Shown here one piece after another: positions 7,521 through 15,791 of a stretch of 17,033 nucleotides of DNA. The notes under the pieces are model-generated. The model made no database searches and had not been told where the DNA came from. It saw nothing but the letters and a program-made list of their open reading frames with translations. This DNA comes from an uncultured Eubacteriales bacterium. Lineage in GTDB: Bacteria; Bacillota; Clostridia; TANB77; RGIG9151. A program made the position numbers and the translations under genes. The stretch covers positions 1 through 17,033 of the forward strand of contig CAYZJZ010000011.1 of assembly GCA_964478905.1 (NCBI GenBank), in the 5' to 3' direction. How positions within the stretch are numbered: the stretch's first letter is position 1; each line of letters starts with the position of its first letter.

Positions 7521-9944
7521 TTAATATTTTTTCGTTCCTGCTTCCTCTTTGCCAAAATTAACAACCGTTAATGCACAACGTCTCAATTTATCATACACCA
7601 TAGCATTTATACTACCCTTCGGATATGTGCCATCTTTCTTCTTCTTTCCGGCAGGAATTCCCGTTAGTATTTCAATTCCTTCATCAATAGTTTTAACCGG
7701 CCAAATATGGAACTTGCCTTCACGAACAGCCTCTACAACTTCATCCTTCAAATGAAGATTTTTTATATTTTGGTAAGGTATAATTACGCCTTGGCTACCG
7801 GTAAGTTTACGTGCTTTACATACATCAAAGAAGCCTTCTATCTTATGTGTCGCCCCTCCAATCGGCTGAATTTCGCCTTTTTGGTTAACAGAACCTGTAA
7901 CTGCAATTCCTTGATTAATAGGTGCATCAGAAAGACTCGATAAGATAGCATAAATTTCAGTACTTGACGCACTATCGCCATCTACTCCGCCATACAACTG
8001 TTCAAAACACAAACTCGCAGTAAGAGCCAAAGGTAAATCTTGGGCATATTTCTCGCCAATATATGCACTTAGTATTAAAACACCCTTAGTATGAGATGTA
8101 CCACTCATATCAGCTTCTCTTTCAATATTAACTATTCCGGATTTTCCAATAAATGTATTAGCTGTAATTCTTGAAGGTTTACCAAACATACAATCTCCAA
8201 GATCCAAAACCGATAAGCCATTAATTTGTCCAACAGCAGACCCTGTTGTATCTACCATAATCGTGTTATCCAAAATCATTTCTTGCATTCTCTTGTCATA
8301 ATTATTTACACGATTTAATTTCTCAAGCATAGCTCTCTTTACATGTTCTCTCGACACTGTTTCAGCATTCTCCGTAGCTGCCCACGCCGAAGCCTCAGTT
8401 AAAATTTGAATTAAATCTGTAAATCTCGTCGATAATTTCTTTTGATCATCAGCAAGTTGAGATGCATATTCAACAACAGCTGCTACACCACTTGGATCAA
8501 AAGGCAATGTTTCGTCTTTTTCACAAAAAGCACTAATAAAACCAACTATTTTTTTTATGTTAGCACTAGTGTTGTCCATTTCTTCTTCAAATTCTACTTT
8601 CACCTTAAATAGCTTTGTAAAATCATCATCAGCTTCCCATAGTAAATGATAAATATCAGGCGTACCAACCAAAACAACCTTAACATTAAGAGGAATTGGC
8701 TCAGGCTTTAACGCAGAAACCGGAACAACAGTCATTTGATCTTTCATATTTTCAATAAGTACTTCTCCGGTCCTTAAGCATCTTTTTAGAGCTTCCCAAG
8801 ACATTTGATTTAATAAAACATCTTTAACTTGTAAAATCAAATATCCACCATTAGCCTTATGAAGTAGCCCCGGTTTAATCTTCATATAATCAGTCGTCAT
8901 AGCACCAAACTCATTATCGTATTCCGTTTTTCCAACCAAGTTAAAGAACGTAGGATTATAATCAACAACAATAGGTGCACCCTTCGTCTTTGAATTATCT
9001 ACCAATAAATTAACTCTATAATTTTTAGTTGGCGAATCATTTTCTTTCTTTAACATTCCTTGAAGTAGCATTTGAGCGTCATCAGGGATTTCTTCTTCTT
9101 CAAATTTATCTATATTCTCCAAAATATCCTTTTGTACTTCGTACAAATAATTAACTATCTTAGGATATTCTTTATACTTACTCATTAAATCATCAACATG
9201 AACTCCAACAGCAAAAAGCGCAGTTTGGTTCTCCCAATTCTCAATACTATCCTCAGTTTCTTTTTCAAGTTCCTTGATTTTTCTTATAGTCTCCATAGTC
9301 TTTAACTGAACTTTTCCGGACTTAGCCATAATTCTATTCTTAACCTGGTCATCTAAATCATTAAATTCTTCTTCACTTAAAGCTTGACCATTAATTATAG
9401 GTAAGAAATAAATACCATTAGGCGTAGTTTTCACTTTAAAGCCTTGTTTCTCAGCGATTTTATTAAGTTTTTCAACAAGTTCAGTTCTTTGATCTTGGAA
9501 CTCTTGAAGAATTCTACCTTTCTCGTTTTCATAGTCATTATTATCAAACGCTTTAGGCAGTTCAGAAGATATAGTCTTTGTAAACTCCTCCATATCGTTT
9601 GCAAATTCCCTACCTTTTCCTGCCGGCAATGTTATGGCAAGCGGTTGATTAGGGTCATCAAAATTATATACATATACCCAGTCATTAGGTACTTCTCTTT
9701 TCTTTGCAAATTTCTTCACATAATCTTTAGCGAAACTGGTTTTACCTGTTCCGGTAGATCCGGAAAGATAGATATGATATCCCTTAGCTCCAATATTAAG
9801 ACCAAATTCAAACGCCTTTGCAGTTTTTCCGTGGCCAATAATCTCTCTAGATGGGGTCACTTCCTTAGTAGTTTTAAATTTAAACATCGATTCATCACAA
9901 GAAAACTTTAATTCTTTGCAATCTAACTCTTTCAAATCTCTCAT
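7521..9944 (-). CDS. Lon-like serine protease, LonC / AAA_32 + Lon_C (S16) type
   Basis: 807 aa. The N-terminal P-loop is YLSGSTGTGKTS. A long charged, helical insertion (about aa 130-300) follows. The Walker B position reads GGYLILQVKD and has no acidic pair. The C-terminal S16 protease domain has the Ser motif VDGDSASS and the Lys motif IGGATHKIEGF. A GGAGG abuts the ATG at 9944 with 0 nt spacing. An in-frame TTG at 9935..9933, 9 nt from the SD, may be the true start. Confidence 0.85.
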   Translation of the reverse strand: MRDLKELDCKELKFSCDESMFKFKTTKEVTPSREIIGHGKTAKAFEFGLNIGAKGYHIYLSGSTGTGKTSFAKDYVKKFAKKREVPNDWVYVYNFDDPNQPLAITLPAGKGREFANDMEEFTKTISSELPKAFDNNDYENEKGRILQEFQDQRTELVEKLNKIAEKQGFKVKTTPNGIYFLPIINGQALSEEEFNDLDDQVKNRIMAKSGKVQLKTMETIRKIKELEKETEDSIENWENQTALFAVGVHVDDLMSKYKEYPKIVNYLYEVQKDILENIDKFEEEEIPDDAQMLLQGMLKKENDSPTKNYRVNLLVDNSKTKGAPIVVDYNPTFFNLVGKTEYDNEFGAMTTDYMKIKPGLLHKANGGYLILQVKDVLLNQMSWEALKRCLRTGEVLIENMKDQMTVVPVSALKPEPIPLNVKVVLVGTPDIYHLLWEADDDFTKLFKVKVEFEEEMDNTSANIKKIVGFISAFCEKDETLPFDPSGVAAVVEYASQLADDQKKLSTRFTDLIQILTEASAWAATENAETVSREHVKRAMLEKLNRVNNYDKRMQEMILDNTIMVDTTGSAVGQINGLSVLDLGDCMFGKPSRITANTFIGKSGIVNIEREADMSGTSHTKGVLILSAYIGEKYAQDLPLALTASLCFEQLYGGVDGDSASSTEIYAILSSLSDAPINQGIAVTGSVNQKGEIQPIGGATHKIEGFFDVCKARKLTGSQGVIIPYQNIKNLHLKDEVVEAVREGKFHIWPVKTIDEGIEILTGIPAGKKKKDGTYPKGSINAMVYDKLRRCALTVVNFGKEEAGTKKY

Positions 9945-10000
9945 CCTCCGTATCTTTATTTAGAAACATAAAACCATTTCTATTTTTCTTTGGTAAAAAA

Positions 10001-10459
10001 CTATTTAAGCCACATAATAACAGCGTCTTCCTTATTATCTTGGTAATAGCCTTTTCTAATTCCACACTCTAAAAAGCCATACTTTTTGTATAAACTTTGA
10101 GCGATAATGTTACTTTTTCTTACTTCAAGCGTAAAAGAATTTATTCCGTCCTCTTTACATAAAGAAAGCAGTGTAGATACCAATTTATTACCAATGCCAA
10201 GTCCTCTATACTTTGAATGTACTGCAACATTAGTAATATGTCCTTCATCTATAACCTTCCAGACACCTATATATCCAACTGCTTTATTTTCTATTTTCGC
10301 TACTAAATATAATGCTACTCTATTATTAGTGATTTCTCTTACAAATGAGTCTTTTGACCAAGGAATAGAAAAACAATCCTTTTCTACCTCTAACACATTA
10401 TCTATATCGGCAATACTCATCTTTTCTATAACTATTTTTTGCATATTTTTTCTATACAC
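10001..10459 (-). CDS. rimI: GNAT acetyltransferase, ribosomal-protein-alanine N-acetyltransferase type
   Basis: RimI-like motifs are present: EKDCFSIPWSKDSF, the acetyl-CoA site HSKYRGLGIGNKL, and LEVRKSNIIAQSLYKKYGF. It is adjacent to tsaB, the conserved tsaB-rimI pairing. The ORF-track start is GTG at 10459, which overlaps the tsaB stop by 8 nt. An alternative ATG lies at 10444. The start is unresolved. Confidence 0.85.
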   Translation of the reverse strand: MYRKNMQKIVIEKMSIADIDNVLEVEKDCFSIPWSKDSFVREITNNRVALYLVAKIENKAVGYIGVWKVIDEGHITNVAVHSKYRGLGIGNKLVSTLLSLCKEDGINSFTLEVRKSNIIAQSLYKKYGFLECGIRKGYYQDNKEDAVIMWLK

Positions 10460-11111
10460 CTCTATCCGGCTGGGCTAATCTTAAATAAATTGGATTAACT
10501 TCATTTGGATTTTTCGCTTGGCTTTTATCGGATAAATACTTATTTATAGCCACTTTTCCAATCTCCAAACTCGTTTCTATTTTTTTATTTAAAATTTCAC
10601 ATTCAATCTCAGAATTAAATAAATTTTCATATTCTTCAGTTGCATCTCCAACAATAACAAATTTTTCTTCCAATTCTTTTAATTCGTTTAAAAGTTGAGA
10701 AATCTCTTTACAATCAGGCGTTTTAAGTTGGTTTTTATATTTAATTTGAGAATACACATTTCCATGTTTTGCATTAATAACTGCGCAAACATTCTCGTTG
10801 TTTCCAAGTTCTATAAGTCCTTCAAGAGATGTAACTCCGATAACAGCTTTATTCAAAGCTTGAGCAATACCTTTAATCGTCGCAACTCCAATTCTAATTC
10901 CGGTAAAAGAACCCGGGCCAACAGAAACTGCAAACAAATCAATATCTTCAATATTTAAACTTAATTCAGAAAGGAGTTCATCAATAATAGGCAAAAGTTT
11001 CTCAGAATGAGTTTTCTGATCATCACTTAGTTTTTCTCCCAAGAACTCATTATTTTCAAAAACCGCAACAGAAGCTATTTTATTAGATGTGTCAATTGCA
11101 AATAATTTCAT
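10452..11111 (-). CDS. tsaB: tRNA t6A37 threonylcarbamoyl transfer protein TsaB (YeaZ family)
   Basis: 219 aa. The N-terminus is MKLFAIDTSNKIASVAV, and FAVSVGPGSFTGIRIGVATIKG is present. These are ASKHA-fold YeaZ signatures. Confidence 0.9.
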   Translation of the reverse strand: MKLFAIDTSNKIASVAVFENNEFLGEKLSDDQKTHSEKLLPIIDELLSELSLNIEDIDLFAVSVGPGSFTGIRIGVATIKGIAQALNKAVIGVTSLEGLIELGNNENVCAVINAKHGNVYSQIKYKNQLKTPDCKEISQLLNELKELEEKFVIVGDATEEYENLFNSEIECEILNKKIETSLEIGKVAINKYLSDKSQAKNPNEVNPIYLRLAQPDRGV

Positions 11112-11150
11112 TTTATCATTTCCTTTTCAAAAATTGTCCTTCTATAGAGT

Positions 11151-11179
11151 ATTATACATAATTCATTTAAGTAAATCAA
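11151..11179 (-). promoter_or_regulatory. Sigma-A-type promoter upstream of tsaB
   Basis: On the minus strand, TTGATT (11179..11174) is followed by a 17-nt spacer and TATAAT (11156..11151). A TG sits immediately 5' of the -10. The -10 lies about 40 nt upstream of the tsaB ATG. Confidence 0.6.
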
Positions 11180-11284
11180 TATATGCTCCAACTAATATTT
11201 ACTGCTCAATATTTAGCAAATCCGAATAGTAACACTTATAAAAAGCATTCCCGCATATTTTTCAGAATTTGAAATTTGATAAAA

Positions 11285-13117
11285 TTAAAATCCTGTTCTC
11301 TTAAACTTCTTCTCAAGTTCACCCTTAGTCATCTTAATAGCAGTAGGTCTCCCGTGCGGACAAGTAAACGGATTCTCAAGCTTCATCATTTGATCCATTA
11401 AAGCTTCAATTTCTCTATAATCCAAATTCATATTCGCTTTAACAGCCGCCTTACAAGCCATTGTAAATATAAAGTATTCAACCTTGTCATTCTCTTTTAC
11501 TCCGCTTTCCTTCTGTAAGCTATCTATTAAATCATAAAATAGCTCTTTTATGGCTATTCCTGTTATTTCACTTGGCACAGCCGAAATTTTTATAGAATTT
11601 CCACCAAACTCCTCAACCTCAAATCCAACTTTATCGAATAAGTCCATATTATCTTTTACAATTTGTAACTCGTTATTCTTTACTTCTAATACTTCCGGAA
11701 TCATCAGAATTTGTTTAGTTTTCTCACTGTTATGAATTTTTTTAACCAGCTTTTCATACATAACCCGCTCATGCGCTGCGTGTTGGTCTATTATGTAAAA
11801 ATCATCATTTTGTTGTATTAAAATATATGTCGAAAACACACTTCCAATTACTTTGTAATTCTTAATAGGTGTTGATAAAGTTTCACCAGAAAATAGCGAC
11901 TCATTTCTTTCCTTAATGGGCGTTTTGTCTATACTACTACTCTCCTTAAACGTAAACGCTCCCGTAGTAGAAGCCTTTTTATTAACAGGAACATAAGAAA
12001 CTGTCGGCTTTTTATATGATAAATTAGTCGGACGAGTATCATAACTTGTAATCTTCTTATAAGAAGAAAACAACTCAGATACGTCATTTTTAGTTACTTC
12101 TTCTTTTTCTTCATCTTCCGGCACTAAATCCTTATCCAAAACCGTAGAGCGAATTGCGTTATAAGTCGCACGATAAACTAAACTTTCATCAGAAAATCTA
12201 ACTTCCGTTTTGGTTGGATGAACATTAACATCCACCAATTCTGAACTCATTTCTATATTTACAACAACAAACGGAAATCTTCCAGCCGGAGCAATCGTCT
12301 GATACGCATTTTCAACAGCACTTGACATAGTTTTGTTTTTTATGTACCTTCCATTAACAAAAAATATTTGATTTGTCCTATTAGCCCGTGCAGTATCGGC
12401 AGTACCGGCTACTCCATATATTCTAGCATTCTCAAATTCCATATCAAAAGGAATAACACTTCTTGCAATTTCTTTTCCATATATACTGTAAATACAATTT
12501 ACAATATTTCCATCTCCTGAAGTTTGAATTATAGTTTTTTTAGAATTAATAAACCGAAAAGCAATATCTGAATGAATTAAAGCCATTTTCCCAACTACAT
12601 CTTCAACATATCCTGCCTCAGTATAATCCTTTTTTAGGAATTTATACCTAACCGGCGTATTGTAAAACAAATCACGCACAGTCATTATAGTTCCTTTATT
12701 ACAACCTATCTCCATTCTGTCAACAACATTTCCGCCACGGATAACAAGCTTATTTCCTACATCTTGATCAACTTGTCGCGAAACCATTTCAACTTCAGCA
12801 ACAGACGCAACAGACGCTAAAGCCTCTCCTCTAAATCCAAAAGAATTAATAGTATGTAAATCCTCAGCACTTCGTATTTTACTTGTAGCATGTCTTTCGA
12901 AAGCTAATTCCATATCATCTTTTTCAATACCGCTACCATTATCCGACACCCTTAAAAAAGAAATTCCGCCGTTCTCAATTTCAACCGTAATTGAAGTCGC
13001 TCCGGCATCCATAGAATTTTCTATCATTTCTTTAACCACAGATGCAGGCCTTTCAACAACTTCGCCGGCAGCAATCTGATTAGATGTAAGTTCATCCAAA
13101 ACAACAATTTTTCCCAT
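11285..13117 (-). CDS. mutL: DNA mismatch repair protein MutL, endonuclease-type (start revised from the ORF-track 13141)
   Basis: The GHKL ATPase N-terminus is NQIAAGEVVERPASVVKEMIENSMDAGAT. The C-terminal endonuclease motif DQHAAHERVMYE, ACKAAVKA and CPHGRPT are present. The ATG at 13117..13115 has GGAGAG 6 nt upstream and gives the canonical MGKIVVLDELTSNQIAAGEVV. The ATG at 13141 has no SD and overlaps a candidate -10 box. Confidence 0.95.
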   Translation of the reverse strand: MGKIVVLDELTSNQIAAGEVVERPASVVKEMIENSMDAGATSITVEIENGGISFLRVSDNGSGIEKDDMELAFERHATSKIRSAEDLHTINSFGFRGEALASVASVAEVEMVSRQVDQDVGNKLVIRGGNVVDRMEIGCNKGTIMTVRDLFYNTPVRYKFLKKDYTEAGYVEDVVGKMALIHSDIAFRFINSKKTIIQTSGDGNIVNCIYSIYGKEIARSVIPFDMEFENARIYGVAGTADTARANRTNQIFFVNGRYIKNKTMSSAVENAYQTIAPAGRFPFVVVNIEMSSELVDVNVHPTKTEVRFSDESLVYRATYNAIRSTVLDKDLVPEDEEKEEVTKNDVSELFSSYKKITSYDTRPTNLSYKKPTVSYVPVNKKASTTGAFTFKESSSIDKTPIKERNESLFSGETLSTPIKNYKVIGSVFSTYILIQQNDDFYIIDQHAAHERVMYEKLVKKIHNSEKTKQILMIPEVLEVKNNELQIVKDNMDLFDKVGFEVEEFGGNSIKISAVPSEITGIAIKELFYDLIDSLQKESGVKENDKVEYFIFTMACKAAVKANMNLDYREIEALMDQMMKLENPFTCPHGRPTAIKMTKGELEKKFKRTGF

Positions 13118-13139
13118 ATTATCTCTCCATTCTATCCAC

Positions 13140-13168
13140 ATTTTACTATATCAATTTTTGTTTTACAA
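13140..13168 (-). promoter_or_regulatory. Candidate promoter for mutL
   Basis: On the minus strand, TTGTAA (13168..13163) is followed by a 17-nt spacer and TAAAAT (13145..13140). It lies directly after the upstream terminator. A transcript starting here would carry the GGAGAG SD and the 13117 ATG. The hexamers are only moderate matches. Confidence 0.35.
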
Positions 13169-13170
13169 GT

Positions 13171-13193
13171 AAAAAAGGTGGACTAAAGTCCAC
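13171..13193 (-). terminator. Candidate intrinsic terminator downstream of the histidine kinase
   Basis: The sense RNA reads GUGGAC-UUUA-GUCCAC-C-UUUUUU: a 6-bp stem, a 4-nt loop and a U6 tract. The stem is short, so strength is uncertain. Confidence 0.5.
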
Positions 13194-13210
13194 GCTATGT
13201 TAACCTTATT

Positions 13211-13245
13211 GGTATGCCCCATGTCTACTTGACAGGGGGCATACC
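13211..13245. repeat. Perfect 10-bp inverted repeat with 15-nt spacer
   Basis: GGTATGCCCC (13211..13220) and GGGGCATACC (13236..13245) are exact reverse complements. The repeat is GC-rich relative to its surroundings. It lies between the kinase stop and the terminator hairpin. There is no adjacent U-tract on either strand. Confidence 0.7.
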
Positions 13246-13279
13246 AGTAAAAACTTATAAAATTTATAATCCTTCACAA

Positions 13280-15049
13280 TTACAAACTCTTTAATACAAT
13301 TCTTACCTCAGTCCCTTGATTTTGCTCACTATTTATCGAAATTGTTCCTCCATTACTCTCCACCATAGTTTTAGCAATCGCAAGTCCAAGACCAGTTCCG
13401 CCCATATCTCTACTTCTGGCTTTATCTACTCTGTAAAACCTTTCAAAAACTCTCGGTAAGTCCTCTTTCGGTATGCCAATTCCGTTATCCTTAACAATTA
13501 TCTCTACTTCATCTATAAGCTTTCCTATCTTAATTCCGATTTTCCCATTCTCCGGAGTATATTTAATAGCATTAGACAAAATATTAAGAACAACCTGTTC
13601 AATATCCGATTCATTAGCAAAGGCCTTTACATCTTCATTTTCTTCATTAAATAAAACTATCTCCTGTTTCTTCTTATCAGCTTCAATATAAATTTTATCT
13701 ATACACTGCTTTGCCAACTTTACAACATCAAAATTAGTCCTATTCTCACTGTCGTTTTTAAGATCCATTTTAGAAAGTTTTAATAAGTCACTCACAAGTC
13801 TAGACATTCTTTCCGCTTCCTCGTTAATAACACCCAAAAACTTTCTAGTGGTTTCTTTATCTATATCGTCGCAACTATCCAGTAAAGTTTCAGAATATCC
13901 TCTAATTGATGTAATTGGAGTTTTTAACTCATGCGAAACATTTGCAACAAACTCTTTTCTCATAATCTCAAGTTTCTCTTGCTCAGTTACATCTTGAATA
14001 ACCACAATAACACCATAATTATTATTTCCTTCAGTATTTACAACCTTCGCAATCAATAAATTCAAAAACTTCCCATCAAGTTCAATCTTCTGACCGGAAA
14101 AAGTACCATTTTCAGCTCTCATAACCTCATCAAAAGAAATATCAAAACCAAATTCTTTAAATATATCCTCAAACCTCAGTGTCAAATCAGATATATTTAA
14201 CATTTTTTGAGCAGAAGGATTAGCGTGAATAAGGGCACCATCAGCATCAAACGCAATAACTCCGTCACTCATATTTTGGAGTAGAGTTTCCAATTTACCT
14301 TTTTCTTGTGAAATCTCACTAAGAGTATTTTTTAACCTATTCCCCATATAATTAAACTTATTTGCAAGTAATGAAATCTCGTCTCCGGATTCAGGCTCTT
14401 TAATTTGAGTAAAATCTCCGTTAGCCATTTTCTCAGCACTCTTTGTAAGCTTATGAACTGGAATAGTAATAGTACGGGATATAATATAACTAATTAAAAT
14501 AGATATAACAAGTGCAACTAAAACCACATATACAATGCTTCGCTTTAATGCATCTATTATTTCATTAATAGTATCTTTTCCCTGTTTTAAATAACATACA
14601 TACTTAACTTCGCCTTGCATTATAACAGGCTTTGCATAATCGAAATAATCATCTTCTTCATTAACATTATTTCCGACATTACCACTCATCGCAATTACAA
14701 TATTATCCGTTATTTCAAGGTCATTTGAATTCCTATTTGCAGGCAAAATCACTTCTCCCAAAGGAGACAATAAATAACCTTTTTTAGTAGTATCATCAAT
14801 TTGAAAATACGTTTTAAAAGCCTTAAACAATTCAGAAGCATACTCCGTATCGTCTAAAACAATATCATCAGCGATAATCTGTGAACTTTCCAAATCTTGT
14901 TCAAACTTTTGCATATCAGATATAAAGCTGTTTGAATATGTACTGTCTATTGTAGAAATTAAAAAAGTTCCCACCATTATCATAAGACATATAACCAGCA
15001 AAAACAAAATTGCCATAAGTCTCCATTGAAGCGTTCTGAAAAATTTCAA
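13280..15049 (-). CDS. Sensor histidine kinase (2 TM + extracytoplasmic domain, HAMP, PAS, HisKA, HATPase_c), WalK/VicK/PhoR-like
   Basis: 589 aa. TM segments lie at about aa 10-32 and about 170-192. The H-box is FVANVSHELKTPITSIRGY, the N-box is LNILSNAIKYT, G1 is DNGIGIP and G2 is GGTGLGLAIAK. The start is TTG (plus-strand caa at 15047..15049), with GGAGGTG 7 nt upstream. Confidence 0.9.
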   Translation of the reverse strand: MKFFRTLQWRLMAILFLLVICLMIMVGTFLISTIDSTYSNSFISDMQKFEQDLESSQIIADDIVLDDTEYASELFKAFKTYFQIDDTTKKGYLLSPLGEVILPANRNSNDLEITDNIVIAMSGNVGNNVNEEDDYFDYAKPVIMQGEVKYVCYLKQGKDTINEIIDALKRSIVYVVLVALVISILISYIISRTITIPVHKLTKSAEKMANGDFTQIKEPESGDEISLLANKFNYMGNRLKNTLSEISQEKGKLETLLQNMSDGVIAFDADGALIHANPSAQKMLNISDLTLRFEDIFKEFGFDISFDEVMRAENGTFSGQKIELDGKFLNLLIAKVVNTEGNNNYGVIVVIQDVTEQEKLEIMRKEFVANVSHELKTPITSIRGYSETLLDSCDDIDKETTRKFLGVINEEAERMSRLVSDLLKLSKMDLKNDSENRTNFDVVKLAKQCIDKIYIEADKKKQEIVLFNEENEDVKAFANESDIEQVVLNILSNAIKYTPENGKIGIKIGKLIDEVEIIVKDNGIGIPKEDLPRVFERFYRVDKARSRDMGGTGLGLAIAKTMVESNGGTISINSEQNQGTEVRIVLKSL

Positions 15050-15070
15050 AAAACTGCACCTCCAAATTGT

Positions 15071-15769
15071 TTACTTTTTAAAGTAATATCCTACTCCCCG
15101 TTTTGTAAGTATGTACTGCGGTTCAGCCGCATTATCTTCAATTTTCTCTCTAAGTCGTCTAATAGTTACATCAACAGTTCTCATATCTCCATAATATTCA
15201 TATCCCCAAACTTTTTCAAGTAAAGCTTCTCTTGAAAAAACTTGACCGGAATAACTGGCTAAAAACTTTAATAATTCAAACTCTCTTAATGTAAGTTCAA
15301 CAACATTTCCATTCTTCTTAACTTCATATCTAGACATATTAATAGCTAAATCACCATAGTGGAAATCATCATTAGACTCTCCACCATTATCCGGCTGAGT
15401 TTCAATATCTGTACGACGCAAATTAGCCTTAACCCTTGCTATAAGTTCTCTTATTCCAAAAGGCTTAGTCATATAATCATCCGCGCCAAGTTCTAATCCC
15501 AAAACTTTATCAACTTCTTCTTCTTTAGCCGTAATCATAATAATAGGCGTAGAAATTTTTTCTCTTAATTTTCTGCAAACTGTAAATCCATCCATTTTAG
15601 GAAGCATAACATCAAGCAATATTAAATCCGGTTTATCTGATAAAGCCATATTAAAACCTGTCTCACCATCGTTAGCCTCTATAACTTCATGACCTTCTTT
15701 TTTTAAATTAAAACTAATTAAATCAACAATCGGTTTTTCATCATCTACAACAAGTATCTTCTTTCCCAT
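15071..15769 (-). CDS. OmpR-family response regulator, WalR/YycF-like (start revised from the ORF-track 15778)
   Basis: The receiver domain has KILVVDDEKPI, the phospho-acceptor in DLILLDVMLP, and PIIMITAKEEEVDKVLGLELGADDYMTKPF. The winged-helix C-terminus has TVDVTIRRLREKIE and TKRGVGYYF. The ATG at 15769 lies 6 nt after AGGTG. The ORF-track start is the GTG inside that SD. Confidence 0.9.
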   Translation of the reverse strand: MGKKILVVDDEKPIVDLISFNLKKEGHEVIEANDGETGFNMALSDKPDLILLDVMLPKMDGFTVCRKLREKISTPIIMITAKEEEVDKVLGLELGADDYMTKPFGIRELIARVKANLRRTDIETQPDNGGESNDDFHYGDLAINMSRYEVKKNGNVVELTLREFELLKFLASYSGQVFSREALLEKVWGYEYYGDMRTVDVTIRRLREKIEDNAAEPQYILTKRGVGYYFKK

Positions 15770-15791
15770 ATAAGACACCTTACCTTTCTTA

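Noticed and set aside
7521-9944. Lon-like protease as BrxL or part of a BREX-type or other phage-defence system.
   Set aside because: No other defence-associated genes are nearby: no methyltransferase, PglZ, helicase or nuclease. The neighbours are housekeeping genes (rimI, tsaB, DUF177). The architecture fits the AAA_32 + Lon_C housekeeping-type family better.
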